From assembly GCA_019058245.1 (NCBI GenBank), contig JAHPZJ010000027.1, positions 1 through 64,000 on the forward strand: DNA of 64,000 nt, written 5' to 3'. Position 1 is the first letter of the stretch, and every line of letters starts with the position of its first letter. Source of the DNA: Promethearchaeota archaeon (lineage in GTDB: Archaea; Asgardarchaeota; Lokiarchaeia; Sigyniarchaeales; SOKP01). The position numbers were made by a program, and so were the translations under genes. Shown here one piece after another: positions 1 to 10,272 of the stretch. The notes beneath the pieces are model-generated. The model had not been told where the DNA came from. It saw nothing but the letters and a program-made list of their open reading frames with translations, and made no database searches.

Positions 1-272
1 GGTCCCGCTGAGCGAGAATTCATTTCAATCTAATTTTCCTTGCTTTTTATTTTTGATAAAAAAAATTTGTACTCCTCTTATTTAAGTTTTATCTATCTTA
101 TTTTTCATTTAAAAAAATTTAAAAGAAAATATTTAATAATAGTAATAGCATAATTTTATCAAAATAAATTATATATTCTTAAGATAGAAGGAATTTCTCC
201 TAAAATATCTTTGAATTATCACTCAAAACTAATAATTATCATTGTACAACAAAAATATTATGGCATATTGCG

Positions 273-1001
273 ATGAGCTATAGAATTATTGTGGATTTGT
301 CTCATAAGGAAAAGTTAGAGGAGTTTCCAGAATTCGCATTAGGAGAGGATGATTTTGAAGTCGAATATATTGATAAAAATGAAGGGCCTATAGAATTTGA
401 TATGCTTGAAGATTTTGATATCCTTTTCATTGGAAATATTCAACATTCTCAAGATAATAAAAAAGATAAATTAAGCCAAGATGAATTACTTGCTATAAAA
501 AAGTTTGTAGGAGAAGGTGGAGGATTATTATTAACTAGTGGAGATGGGGGAGACAAAGATATACCTATGAAGAATGGTTCTATCAGAGTATTATATAAAA
601 TAAGTGGTGTAAGAAGATTTTGGAATGGAATCATTCAAGAAGCACCATCGAATTATCTTATTAAAAAAAAAAATATTTTAGTAACAGAGTTATTCAATCA
701 TCCAATAACTGAGGGTATAACCGAATTAGTATTACCTAATTGTACTTTTTTTACCCTTACAGAAGAAGAAGTGGAAGACTTAATAGTTACTTCTGAAAAA
801 GCTGAATTTAGGTATTATGTTGATGATGAAATTGGTGCTCTTGGTCCAGTACCAGTTTGTGTTGTTTCTGAATTTTTTAATGGTAGATGCGTTACTATCG
901 GATCAACTGACTGGCTGTTAGAAAATGATTTTGGCTTAGATGCAGGAGATAATCTCAAATTTCTATCTAATATCATTGAATGGTTATCTTTTGAGTCTTA
1001 G
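273..1001 (+). CDS. GIFT-domain (GldG/IFT52-like) protein
   Basis: ELLAIKKFVGEGGGLLLTSGDGG and GRCVTIGS...DNLKFLSNIIEWL resemble the IFT52/GldG GATase-like domain. Confidence 0.6.
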   Translation: MSYRIIVDLSHKEKLEEFPEFALGEDDFEVEYIDKNEGPIEFDMLEDFDILFIGNIQHSQDNKKDKLSQDELLAIKKFVGEGGGLLLTSGDGGDKDIPMKNGSIRVLYKISGVRRFWNGIIQEAPSNYLIKKKNILVTELFNHPITEGITELVLPNCTFFTLTEEEVEDLIVTSEKAEFRYYVDDEIGALGPVPVCVVSEFFNGRCVTIGSTDWLLENDFGLDAGDNLKFLSNIIEWLSFES

Positions 1002-1025
1002 ACAATAATTATAAACATTACTATT

Positions 1026-2138
1026 ATGGTATTTAGGATCCTTCGACCAGACTCTGTTTCTGTATGGCAAAATGAAGAAATTCTTAACCGATTTTCAAAA
1101 TATAGAGCTATTATTGATGGAACGCAATTAGCTCGATACTTAATTGCTAAAAGTATTGAATGTAATTTCAATCCAACTGATCCTATTGAAAACCTTGAAA
1201 ATTTATTAAAAGAAAAATCAAATGAGTTTAATGAACTACTGATTAAAGATCAAGAACAATTAAGAAATAGAGTAGTTCAAGTAAATAACTATATAACACT
1301 TGCAGAAACTATAGCAATCAAATATTTAAAAAGTTGCATATTCTGTGAGCGTCAGTGTGAAGCGAATAGAATTAATGATGAAAAAGGTTTCTGCCTAATT
1401 TCAAAAGATTCGTACGTATCTTCCGCATTCCTCCATATGGGAGAGGAACCCCATTTGATACCATCTGGTACAATTTTTTTCCAAGGGTGTAATTTTGGGT
1501 GTGTTTTTTGTCAAAATTATGATATTTCTCAAGCATGGAAAGGAAGAAAAAATATTGAAGATATTGCTCAAAAAGTTAATCCACAATCACTAGCGGGAAT
1601 TGCAGAAAAATTAGTTGATAAGGGCGCTATAAATATAAATTATGTGGGGGGAGATCCCATTCCTAATATTCATACAATAGTAGGTAGTCTAAACTATCAA
1701 AACTCTAACATATGTCAATTATGGAATTCAAACTTTTTCTTAACAGATAAAGCCTTATCTTTAATCATAGATTTTATGGATTTCTGGTTACCTGATTGGA
1801 AGTATGGAAATAATGAATGTGGTAAAAAATATTCTGGTATTGATAATTACTTCGATGTTATCGCCAGAAATCATAAAAGAATCCATGATGAGGGGAGTGG
1901 AGAAATTTGCATTAGACATTTAGTTATGCCAAACCATATTGAATGTTGTTCTAAACCAATTTTAGACTATGTCGCCAAAGAACTTCCCAATGCTGTAATG
2001 AATATTATGGGACAATTTAGACCAGAGTGGAAAGCCTCTAATTATGAAGAAATAAATAGACGACCCACATTGGATGAAATACGCGAAGTAAAGAGTTATG
2101 CTAAAAAGTTAGGAATAATTTTTGAGCCTGTATCATAA
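1026..2138 (+). CDS. Radical SAM protein, PflX family
   Basis: CxxxCxxC (CNFGCVFC), H-M-G-E-E, GTIFF, RHLVMP motifs typical of PflX-like proteins. Confidence 0.85.
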   Translation: MVFRILRPDSVSVWQNEEILNRFSKYRAIIDGTQLARYLIAKSIECNFNPTDPIENLENLLKEKSNEFNELLIKDQEQLRNRVVQVNNYITLAETIAIKYLKSCIFCERQCEANRINDEKGFCLISKDSYVSSAFLHMGEEPHLIPSGTIFFQGCNFGCVFCQNYDISQAWKGRKNIEDIAQKVNPQSLAGIAEKLVDKGAININYVGGDPIPNIHTIVGSLNYQNSNICQLWNSNFFLTDKALSLIIDFMDFWLPDWKYGNNECGKKYSGIDNYFDVIARNHKRIHDEGSGEICIRHLVMPNHIECCSKPILDYVAKELPNAVMNIMGQFRPEWKASNYEEINRRPTLDEIREVKSYAKKLGIIFEPVS

Positions 2139-2235
2139 GGAATTCTTTATTTTAATAAAATCTATAAGTAATGAAATATTGCTAGACTTAATTTTTTACA
2201 GCATTACTTTTAAAAATAACATTAATCGATCTGAA

Positions 2236-3342
2236 ATGTCTCTTAAATTAGAAGATGTCAAGGGTCTTGGCAAAAAAATTGACACAATAAAAGAAGCTGG
2301 GATAGATACAGTTGAGAAATTGGCAAATTCAAAATTAGAAGAATTGACTGATTTAAAAGGAATTGGGAAAGCAACAGCTGAAAAAATCATTGAAAGCGCA
2401 AAAGAACTGTTAAATAAAGAAACTAAAAAAGACGAAACAGAATTAATTAAAGAAGAAGAGGGCGTTGATGATAAAAAAATCCAAGAAGAAATCAAAAAGT
2501 TAGAGGAGAAGAAAGTAAAACTACAAGGGAAAAAAGTAGAAGAAGGATATTTCGTCATTGTCAAAATTACCGCTCGAACACAGAAAGGTCAAGTTTTTAG
2601 AGTTTCCTCAGAGGAAGACGCAAGAAAAGCAGGAATCTATGAGGAGGATAAAGCTAAACAAGGATTCTATACTCCTGAATTCGTTATTGTAGGCAAACCA
2701 GGATTTTTAAATGAAGGCCTTACTGAAACAATCAAAGAAATGAATTTCTTTGAAAAAAAATCGGTAAGAATACCACCCACTAAAGCCTTTGGAAAGCGTG
2801 ATCCCCAAAAAATCGAAAGAATTGGTATCGCTAAATTTAGAAAAATGAATGAGGGAAAAAATCCTGAAATAGGTCAAGAATTTGTTAAACAATCTCAAGG
2901 ACAAACACGAAGAGGGACTGTAACAAATATTATACAAGGAAGAGTGATTGTAGATTATAATCATCCTTTAGCAGGTCAAAGTATTGATTACAACTTAGAA
3001 ATAATAGATAAAATTGAAGACTTCAATGAAAAAATAGAATATTTTATGATAAATAAGGGAATTCCAAAAGAGAATATTTCAGATTTTCAAGTTAGTTATA
3101 TTCCTAAGAGTAAAACTCTCGAAATTACGATTCCAAAAATGTTTCTTTTCCAAAACTTAACCTATGTTAAATTCGGCTTAGCAATGGATTTGCAAACTCA
3201 TATGACAGATGAGATTGAGGATGTTAAATTTATAGAAATCTTTGAAAAAATTCCTTTACCAGAGACACCATCTGAAAGTGTTATGAAGAAGGTTGAAGAA
3301 TTCAATAAAGAACAAGAAGAAAAGGAAGAAAATAAAGATTAA
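2236..3342 (+). CDS. Long-type archaeal FKBP peptidyl-prolyl isomerase (SlyD-like) with N-terminal helix-hairpin-helix domain
   Basis: IPPTKAFGKRDP and VDYNHPLAGQ motifs; N-terminal KGLG/KGIG HhH repeats; ATG at 2236 preferred over the TTG that overlaps the previous gene. Confidence 0.85.
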   Translation: MSLKLEDVKGLGKKIDTIKEAGIDTVEKLANSKLEELTDLKGIGKATAEKIIESAKELLNKETKKDETELIKEEEGVDDKKIQEEIKKLEEKKVKLQGKKVEEGYFVIVKITARTQKGQVFRVSSEEDARKAGIYEEDKAKQGFYTPEFVIVGKPGFLNEGLTETIKEMNFFEKKSVRIPPTKAFGKRDPQKIERIGIAKFRKMNEGKNPEIGQEFVKQSQGQTRRGTVTNIIQGRVIVDYNHPLAGQSIDYNLEIIDKIEDFNEKIEYFMINKGIPKENISDFQVSYIPKSKTLEITIPKMFLFQNLTYVKFGLAMDLQTHMTDEIEDVKFIEIFEKIPLPETPSESVMKKVEEFNKEQEEKEENKD

Positions 3343-3364
3343 TTAATATAAATTAATTTAGTTT

Positions 3365-4348
3365 CTAAGAAATTTGTATTTTTGTAACTAGTTCCTCATT
3401 TTTTTTATTTTTCTGTTTTTTATATTCTGTCTTTTTCTTCCGATATTCTTTACGTTTTTGTTGGTACTCTTTTCTTTTTTTTGGAGATCTACCTTTCTTT
3501 TTCAAATATTGTTTTTTAGCTTTCTTATACTCCTTTTTAGCTTTCTTATATTCCTTTTTAGTTTTTTTATATTTTTTATATTTTTTCTTTATTTTATGAC
3601 GAAGATCCTTACTTATATTTCCTATTCCCAATTCGTTTAATTTAGCTTTAAATTTCTCAAGAGATTCAAATCTAATCACTATTATTCCTAATTCCCTAGC
3701 GGGTACTAGATTTTGAATCTTATCATCAATAAAGATACATTTTTTAGGTTCTGTATCTAATTTATTCAATACGTATTTATATTTCACCAATTCTGGTTTA
3801 ATAAAGCCAATTTCGTTAGATAAGAATACATTATCAAAAATATCATAGAACCCTCTTAAATAATTTGATTTAGCATGAATATCATGAGTATTCGACATTA
3901 GACTCACTGTATAGTCTGCTTGGTGTAATCGTTCTATTATCTCTTCCATTTTTGAAGATATATTTGTAACTTGTGAGTATAAATCAAACCAAAGCTCAAT
4001 ATAATATTCCGCATTCACCTTTTTAGGAGGTAACGCTCCATTCTTTTTTTGAAATGGATAATAATATTTTTCAAAAATCTGTTCTAAAAATTCTTTACTA
4101 GAAATTCTTCCAGAACTTAATCCTCTTTTAATTTTTCTTATATATGAAGTATCCTCGCGAGGTATAGATATATTCAAATCTGCTTCGATCATATCAAGTA
4201 AATTTTTTAAAACAAACGTCTTTTCGATTAATACACCACCAAAATCGAATATCCAATGTTTGATTTTGTATAATCGAACCTTTTGCTTCTCGATTTTCAG
4301 TTTTTCAATTGCTTTTTGGGAACTCATTACTAATACATTCTTAATCAA
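3365..4348 (-). CDS. HAD-superfamily phosphatase with Lys-rich C-terminal tail
   Basis: IFDFGGVL motif I, MSNT motif II, KP motif III, FIDD motif IV; C-terminal KKEYKKA repeats. Confidence 0.85.
   Translation of the reverse strand: MIKNVLVMSSQKAIEKLKIEKQKVRLYKIKHWIFDFGGVLIEKTFVLKNLLDMIEADLNISIPREDTSYIRKIKRGLSSGRISSKEFLEQIFEKYYYPFQKKNGALPPKKVNAEYYIELWFDLYSQVTNISSKMEEIIERLHQADYTVSLMSNTHDIHAKSNYLRGFYDIFDNVFLSNEIGFIKPELVKYKYVLNKLDTEPKKCIFIDDKIQNLVPARELGIIVIRFESLEKFKAKLNELGIGNISKDLRHKIKKKYKKYKKTKKEYKKAKKEYKKAKKQYLKKKGRSPKKRKEYQQKRKEYRKKKTEYKKQKNKKNEELVTKIQIS
3513..3554. repeat. 21-bp tandem repeat encoding the EYKKAKK heptads
   Basis: tttttagctttcttata(c/t)tcc x2, with degenerate flanking copies. 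Confidence 0.7.
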
Positions 4349-4363
4349 GAATCACTAATAATT

Positions 4364-5164
4364 TTATTTTTTCTTTATATATTCGTATTTCTCTAAAATG
4401 AGCTTACAAATATTTTCTATAGGTGAACCTCTACACTTCCAATTAGTAAATTCTGGAAATGACCCGGGATCAACAACATATAATTTATTATTAGATTCCT
4501 CTCTAACAATGTCTAAATGTCCGAATAATAAATCTCCATTGAAGTAATTTCTCCATTTCGTTATTAAATCTTGGATATCATCAGGAGTTTCAATTAATTT
4601 CATATCAACATGTTCATCTGATAAGGGAGGTTTAATTAAGGTACATATTTCATCACCAATAAAATATACAGTATAATGAATCCCTTTTACAAATTTCTCT
4701 AGGTATAGTATGGTTTTACCTTTTGAATTCAAATCTTTTAATGTTCTAATAATTTTAACGCCTTTACTTCCTGAACCCATAAGTGGTTTTAAAATAAATG
4801 GAAAATCTTCTACGCTAAATTGTTTTTTAAAAGTATCAATGGTCCCAAGATAAATTTCTGGAGTTGTTAAACCTATTTTTTTCATCAAAAAATTAGAATG
4901 TATACGGTGTTTTTGTATAAAAGATATATCTGGTTTTGGAATAACTGGGATACCATTTGCCTCTAAAAAATACCCCGCATAAAGAAAAAATAGGTTTTTC
5001 GATTTCAGAATATAAAAGTCTTGATTTAAGAGGTTCTGATTAATTACTAAATTATCTAAAGTATATATTGAAATATTAAATCCCTTGCTCTCTAAACAAT
5101 TTTTTAGTCTACCAGTGAGCATGGTTGTTCTTTTTGATAAAATTCCGATATTCATATTTCTCAA
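4364..5164 (-). CDS. ATP-grasp enzyme, ITPK1-like/RimK-like
   Basis: PFILKPLMGSGSKGV, GHLDIV, VDPGSFPEF; lies next to MIPS. Confidence 0.7.
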   Translation of the reverse strand: MRNMNIGILSKRTTMLTGRLKNCLESKGFNISIYTLDNLVINQNLLNQDFYILKSKNLFFLYAGYFLEANGIPVIPKPDISFIQKHRIHSNFLMKKIGLTTPEIYLGTIDTFKKQFSVEDFPFILKPLMGSGSKGVKIIRTLKDLNSKGKTILYLEKFVKGIHYTVYFIGDEICTLIKPPLSDEHVDMKLIETPDDIQDLITKWRNYFNGDLLFGHLDIVREESNNKLYVVDPGSFPEFTNWKCRGSPIENICKLILEKYEYIKKK

Positions 5165-5169
5165 AAACG

Positions 5170-5985
5170 TTATTGTTTTGCTTGTTTTAATAAATAATTC
5201 GCGACTATTTTATGACCATCTTTTATATAATTAAAATTTGGAGTACAATTAATGTCTGTTAAATAAAATTGATCTTTTGATTTTAAAAAATCTAAAGAAG
5301 TTAATTTTAAATCCATAACTTCCATTGCTTTATAGCAATATTCTTTTAATTCAGGAATATCGTCAATTTTTTTTCTAGATTCTGTTTTATTAGGATTTAC
5401 TAATATAGGCAACTGCTTATAGAAAAAAACTTCTTCCCCAATACCATAGATTTTATATTCCCATTTGCTTTTTATGAATTTTTGATAATACAGATAATTA
5501 TATTTTGGATCAGTTTTATCAACTTCATTTAAAGCTCTTTCATCAGCTACATTGAGTCTTCCATTTACTTTATTAACTATTGGTTTAAATTTATAATTTT
5601 TCTGATCTATAATATTTTTTATAATAAAATCTCTAAACGGAGGATCGCTTCCTTTAGGATTCAATGAGAATTCAGCAAGAGGAATTCCTGCTTTTTTTAA
5701 AAACACACTATTTAAGAATCTATTAATTGCCAGCCATGTGCCTTTATATGAATTTATAATAGGAATAGAAGATTCTTCTTCAATTAACTTAATAAATGCT
5801 AAAATTAATTCTCCTTTTGCCTTAGTGAAGAATAAATCTTCATCAAAATCAAATTTGGAACTATTAAATAAATAAGATTCCTCAATATAGATTGTTATTT
5901 CAGCTTTGGATTTTATATATTCTAAAAATTCTGTAACTTTATTTTCAAGATGGTATTTATCGATTAGTATTCCTATTTTTATCAC
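5170..5985 (-). CDS. ATP-grasp enzyme, ITPK1-like inositol phosphate kinase
   Basis: YQKFI, EYKIYGIG, SLDFL, DINCTPNF. Confidence 0.7.
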   Translation of the reverse strand: MIKIGILIDKYHLENKVTEFLEYIKSKAEITIYIEESYLFNSSKFDFDEDLFFTKAKGELILAFIKLIEEESSIPIINSYKGTWLAINRFLNSVFLKKAGIPLAEFSLNPKGSDPPFRDFIIKNIIDQKNYKFKPIVNKVNGRLNVADERALNEVDKTDPKYNYLYYQKFIKSKWEYKIYGIGEEVFFYKQLPILVNPNKTESRKKIDDIPELKEYCYKAMEVMDLKLTSLDFLKSKDQFYLTDINCTPNFNYIKDGHKIVANYLLKQAKQ

Positions 5986-6235
5986 AAAATTTACCTTGAA
6001 TACTTTTTTATAATAAAATTGTTAATCTATTTAATATTAAATAAAAAAAATATATAAAATAAACACACTTAATATTAAAATTTAGACTATTTGGTCTGAG
6101 ATTGAACTAGTATTTTTCAAGTAAGTTGAATTTGTATGGAACTTTTACTACTAATGCGTCCAATAACAGGAAATAATCAATATATTTATATATCATAATT
6201 AACTCATAATTTATCAAATTATTAGGGTTTTTTAC

Positions 6236-7144
6236 ATGTCAAATAAGCTTAGTAGAATCTATATAGGCTCTATATGCAACCGAGATCTCGTCGTTTTCGA
6301 AAAAATCAAGAAATTTTGTAGTAAAAACTATAATGTTTCTATAATAAACCTACTTAAAAAGGGATCTGATACATTTAGTATAAAGTATTTAAAGAAACAA
6401 CTTAAAAGATACCCTATTTCATTTATAATTGTTAAATTATTATCTGATGAACATAATCAAGAAATTTACAATGCAATAAGAGAAATAACTCCTAATATAC
6501 TTCTTCTTAATAGTATTAATTCAGTTGAGATTTGCGAAAGCAGGAAAGAAACTTTTAAAAAAATATCACAAAAATGTAAAAACCTAGATATTCCTCAATC
6601 TTATTATTCCTTAATTGAAGCTAAGAAAGCATGTTCTAATGGATCCAAAATCATAATTAAATTAGATAAACATAATATACCAGATCTGCCAAAAAATGAT
6701 AGAATCATCGGAATTGCTGAAAATTTAGAAAATTTCAATAATTTAATAAAAGAATTCAATGAAAATGATTTGTTTTTCCAAGAATATTTGGGAGAATATG
6801 AAATTATATACAAGATTTATATCATCGGTCGCTGGATGGTTTCAATAACTTCTCATAACCGCTTGCAACTAAATGAAAATTTATCTCCTTTAGAATTGAT
6901 TCATATCCGTGTTCCAATAGATAAACAGTTAAAAAGAAGAATATTAAGATTGGGAAGAAAAATGGGATTAACTATTTTTGGAATTGATTATGTATTAACT
7001 AAAAATGGAATTCCAAAGATTATTGATGTTAATGATTTTCCAAGTTTTAGAAGCATTCCTGAAGCAGTGAGTTTAATTTCTGATTATATATACAATCTTG
7101 TAATATTACAGCAACAAGTATATAAGACACCAGTTAAGGTTTGA
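6236..7144 (+). CDS. ATP-grasp enzyme, ITPK1-like inositol phosphate kinase
   Basis: QEYL, YKIYIIG, FGIDYV, IDVNDFPSF match the ITPK1 QEF/KVYVVG/FGxD/IDINxFP signature. Confidence 0.75.
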   Translation: MSNKLSRIYIGSICNRDLVVFEKIKKFCSKNYNVSIINLLKKGSDTFSIKYLKKQLKRYPISFIIVKLLSDEHNQEIYNAIREITPNILLLNSINSVEICESRKETFKKISQKCKNLDIPQSYYSLIEAKKACSNGSKIIIKLDKHNIPDLPKNDRIIGIAENLENFNNLIKEFNENDLFFQEYLGEYEIIYKIYIIGRWMVSITSHNRLQLNENLSPLELIHIRVPIDKQLKRRILRLGRKMGLTIFGIDYVLTKNGIPKIIDVNDFPSFRSIPEAVSLISDYIYNLVILQQQVYKTPVKV

Positions 7145-7183
7145 GAATAAAGTCTAGAAGACTAATCCAACCTTATAGTATAT

Positions 7184-8278
7184 CTACCTTTCTCTCTTGT
7201 TTTCTAAAAATTCTAATAGTCTTTTTTTAGCAATGTAGTCTTCTAACTGTTCTGTAGGATGTTTGGCAAAAAAAGAACAAGCGGAATTAAGAACGCCCCC
7301 AATATTTCTATCTTTAGCAATTTTACTAACCCTAATGCAATCTGTAATAATTCCTGCCGAATTATTTCCATCCTCAACAAACATTGTAATATCTACTCTT
7401 ACTGGGGCACCCCCAAAAATTTGACCTTCTAATCTCATATAAGCCTCTTTCTGATTCTTTAAAAAAGGTATATAATCTACGGCAGAAATTTGGCAATCAA
7501 CGGTATTTTTATTTTGGAGATTAGAAATAACTGCTTCAGTTTTAGATTGACGCTTTCCTTCTTCATATCTTAAAGAACCATTTGGCATTGGTGTTAAAAG
7601 ATTACAAAAATCACTAGATCCTCCCCAATCTAGTTGAATTGTTTTATCCAATATAGCACCTCGCATTGGAAAAAGATTAGCTAATACTCTATGAATAATA
7701 GTAGCTCCTATTTGTGATTTTACGTCATCTCCAATTAAAGAGAGATTCAATTTCTCCGCTTTATCAACGATTTCTGGATCTTTAACTACGTGGGTTGGCA
7801 TCCCATTTACAATACATGATCCGGCATCAAGAGCACTCTTAGCATAAAATTTTACTGCTTTATGAGAACCAGTAGGAAGTAATATTACTGTAACGTCTAT
7901 TTTCCTACTCTTTATTTCATTGGTAATGTTTACTGGTTCTTGAGATTCATCTACGGGTATAATATTTTTAATATTGCTATCTAAACCATCCATAACTGGC
8001 CCTTTAAGCACTGGAGCATTTAAAAATTCAGGCTCAAATAGTATCATATTGCAATTTGGGGGTTCAAAAATTGCTTCACTCAAATCTTTTCCGACTTTAT
8101 TCGAATTTACATCAATTCCTAAAACAAAAGTGATATCATCTATACTATATTGAGTAATTTCTGGAAGTATGCCTATTGTTTTTTCTGGATTTTTCTTATA
8201 ATTTTCGACTCCCTGTACTAGAGCTGATGCTACATCACCTACTCCAACTATGGCAACATTAATAATATTATTAGCCAT
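7184..8278 (-). CDS. ino1: myo-inositol-1-phosphate synthase
   Basis: Rossmann GVGDVASALVQG, GDDVKSQIGATIIHR, SKTEAV, DGNNSAG. Confidence 0.92.
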   Translation of the reverse strand: MANNIINVAIVGVGDVASALVQGVENYKKNPEKTIGILPEITQYSIDDITFVLGIDVNSNKVGKDLSEAIFEPPNCNMILFEPEFLNAPVLKGPVMDGLDSNIKNIIPVDESQEPVNITNEIKSRKIDVTVILLPTGSHKAVKFYAKSALDAGSCIVNGMPTHVVKDPEIVDKAEKLNLSLIGDDVKSQIGATIIHRVLANLFPMRGAILDKTIQLDWGGSSDFCNLLTPMPNGSLRYEEGKRQSKTEAVISNLQNKNTVDCQISAVDYIPFLKNQKEAYMRLEGQIFGGAPVRVDITMFVEDGNNSAGIITDCIRVSKIAKDRNIGGVLNSACSFFAKHPTEQLEDYIAKKRLLEFLENKRER

Positions 8279-8476
8279 AATATTTTGATAAGATAATGAT
8301 TATATTTAAATCATTTTAAAATACCATAAAGATTTAATACTTAGATGTATGAATTATGAAGATAAATAAAGGTGAATGTAATATAATTTGATTCAAGTTT
8401 TAATTTTAATTAAATAATCTTAACCTATAAATGATATTTTAATTATTAAATTATTATTAAATATACTATATGTGGA

Positions 8477-9427
8477 TTGGAAGCCTTAAAATATTATAAC
8501 AATAAATATGGGATAAAAACTATTACCAAATCAATGAAAAAAAAAATTTTTTTCTCAGCAAGACAAGATCATGAAGTTATTACAAAGTTAATTAAGAAAT
8601 TAAAGGAAATTAAAAATATAAAACTGATATTGCATGATCCGACAAAGCAATTCTACTGTCTTTCTGAAATGCCGCCAGAATTATTAGAGACAGACTTAAT
8701 GATAGTAAAAGTCAGGAATGAATGTTCTATAGATTTATTACATTATGCTAAAATCTATGATCTCCCCACACTTCACAATATAGACACTGTATTATTATGT
8801 ATGAATAAAATTGCTCTTGATTATGCTATTAGAAAAATATTCAAAACGTATAAAAGAGATCTTGAAAAGTTTTTACTACCCAATTCTTGGAACCAGTCTT
8901 TGTCTGATCTTGAAAAATTTAAGAAATGGGTATCAAAAAAATTACCTATAGTTATTAAAAGTCATTATCAACATGATAAATATAATAGATTCAACTTTTT
9001 GGTTCAAAAGATGGAGGATATAGATAAATTTTGTGAGAGATATAAAGAATTCCTATCTTATGATGTCTATATTCAAGAATTTATAGAATGTGATGGTATT
9101 GAGAGAAAAATATATGTGATTGGTGATAAGGTATTTGGTATTGAGAGGGAAAATCCTATTTATATTTATTTAAGAGATAAACCAGAAAATATTGATGTAA
9201 GTTTAATTGAGCGAGAAGAGTTTAAAGTAACAGAAGATATTAAGAGATTATCAAAAATCTTATCTAAAGAATTAAATCTCAAGATTTTCGGATTTGATTT
9301 AGTTCGACCAGTTGACCTTGATAAATATTATATTATAGACTTAAATGATTTTCCAAGTTTTAAAGGAATTCCCAATGCAGATTTAGAGTTAAAAAATTTT
9401 ATCGAGAACTTTATAGAAAACCTTTAA
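8477..9427 (+). CDS. ATP-grasp enzyme, ITPK1-like inositol phosphate kinase
   Basis: QEFIECDGIERKIYVIG, FGFDLV, IDLNDFPSFKG; true start may be the ATG at 8534. Confidence 0.78.
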   Translation: MEALKYYNNKYGIKTITKSMKKKIFFSARQDHEVITKLIKKLKEIKNIKLILHDPTKQFYCLSEMPPELLETDLMIVKVRNECSIDLLHYAKIYDLPTLHNIDTVLLCMNKIALDYAIRKIFKTYKRDLEKFLLPNSWNQSLSDLEKFKKWVSKKLPIVIKSHYQHDKYNRFNFLVQKMEDIDKFCERYKEFLSYDVYIQEFIECDGIERKIYVIGDKVFGIERENPIYIYLRDKPENIDVSLIEREEFKVTEDIKRLSKILSKELNLKIFGFDLVRPVDLDKYYIIDLNDFPSFKGIPNADLELKNFIENFIENL

Positions 9428-10269
9428 GATATTATCATAAAAGGAATAATAATCAAACAGGCTATTACACCATACAAAATGCAGAAATAACCAAAACTAA
9501 TCTTTTGAGCTATTTTAAGTAAGATATCTATGGATAAATAGCCAATTATAAAAGAAATCAATACCGTGATAACAATAATAACGGGACTAATTATTCCAAA
9601 TATTGAATTCCCCCCAAAAATTATATCAACTATGATTGAAGCAATAGCAACAGGTGCAGCCATTAAAAAACTTAATCTTAGAGCATTATCCTGGTCATAA
9701 TTTTCTATTAGAATTGATGAAACAGTAACTCCAGAACGGGAGATACCAGGCAATATCGAGAACCCTTGAATAAGCCCAGATAAAAAACTATCTTTTCGTA
9801 TGAATTTTTCTGGCACTTTTTCTATAGAATTTTCCCCATAGATTTTTCTTGATTTCAATAAAATTATACCAGTAATAATCAATAATCCACAAACAAATAG
9901 AGTGATTACGTCCCCTTGGAATGGAGTAAATGCTCCTGAAATGATAAATCTAAAGATAAAATAAAGTGGTAAGGCTGTAATTGCGGTCCCAATTGTAGCA
10001 TATATCAACCAATTTCTCTTTCTAATATCGATTTCATCTACGATAAATGTCTGTGGTATAATACTTTTTATAATCTTAATATAATCTGTTTTAAACTTCA
10101 ATAATACAGCAAAGGTTGTACCTAAATGTAACCATATGCTAAGACTGAATGCTTCATCAGCAGATATACCAAATATATTCATAGAAATAATCATCGTTTG
10201 ACCGCTAGAGGATATTGGAAGCCATTCAAATACACCTTGGAGAATAGCAATTATGATATACTCAATCAT
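9424..10269 (-). CDS. uppP: Undecaprenyl/polyprenyl-diphosphatase (BacA family)
   Basis: QGVFEWLPISSSG and PGISRSG motifs; multi-TM. Confidence 0.9.
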   Translation of the reverse strand: MIEYIIIAILQGVFEWLPISSSGQTMIISMNIFGISADEAFSLSIWLHLGTTFAVLLKFKTDYIKIIKSIIPQTFIVDEIDIRKRNWLIYATIGTAITALPLYFIFRFIISGAFTPFQGDVITLFVCGLLIITGIILLKSRKIYGENSIEKVPEKFIRKDSFLSGLIQGFSILPGISRSGVTVSSILIENYDQDNALRLSFLMAAPVAIASIIVDIIFGGNSIFGIISPVIIVITVLISFIIGYLSIDILLKIAQKISFGYFCILYGVIACLIIIPFMIIS

Positions 10270-10272
10270 GAT

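Noticed and set aside
1-23. Start of a minus-strand gene (MNSRSAG...) at the window edge
   Set aside because: Only seven codons are visible, so it cannot be identified
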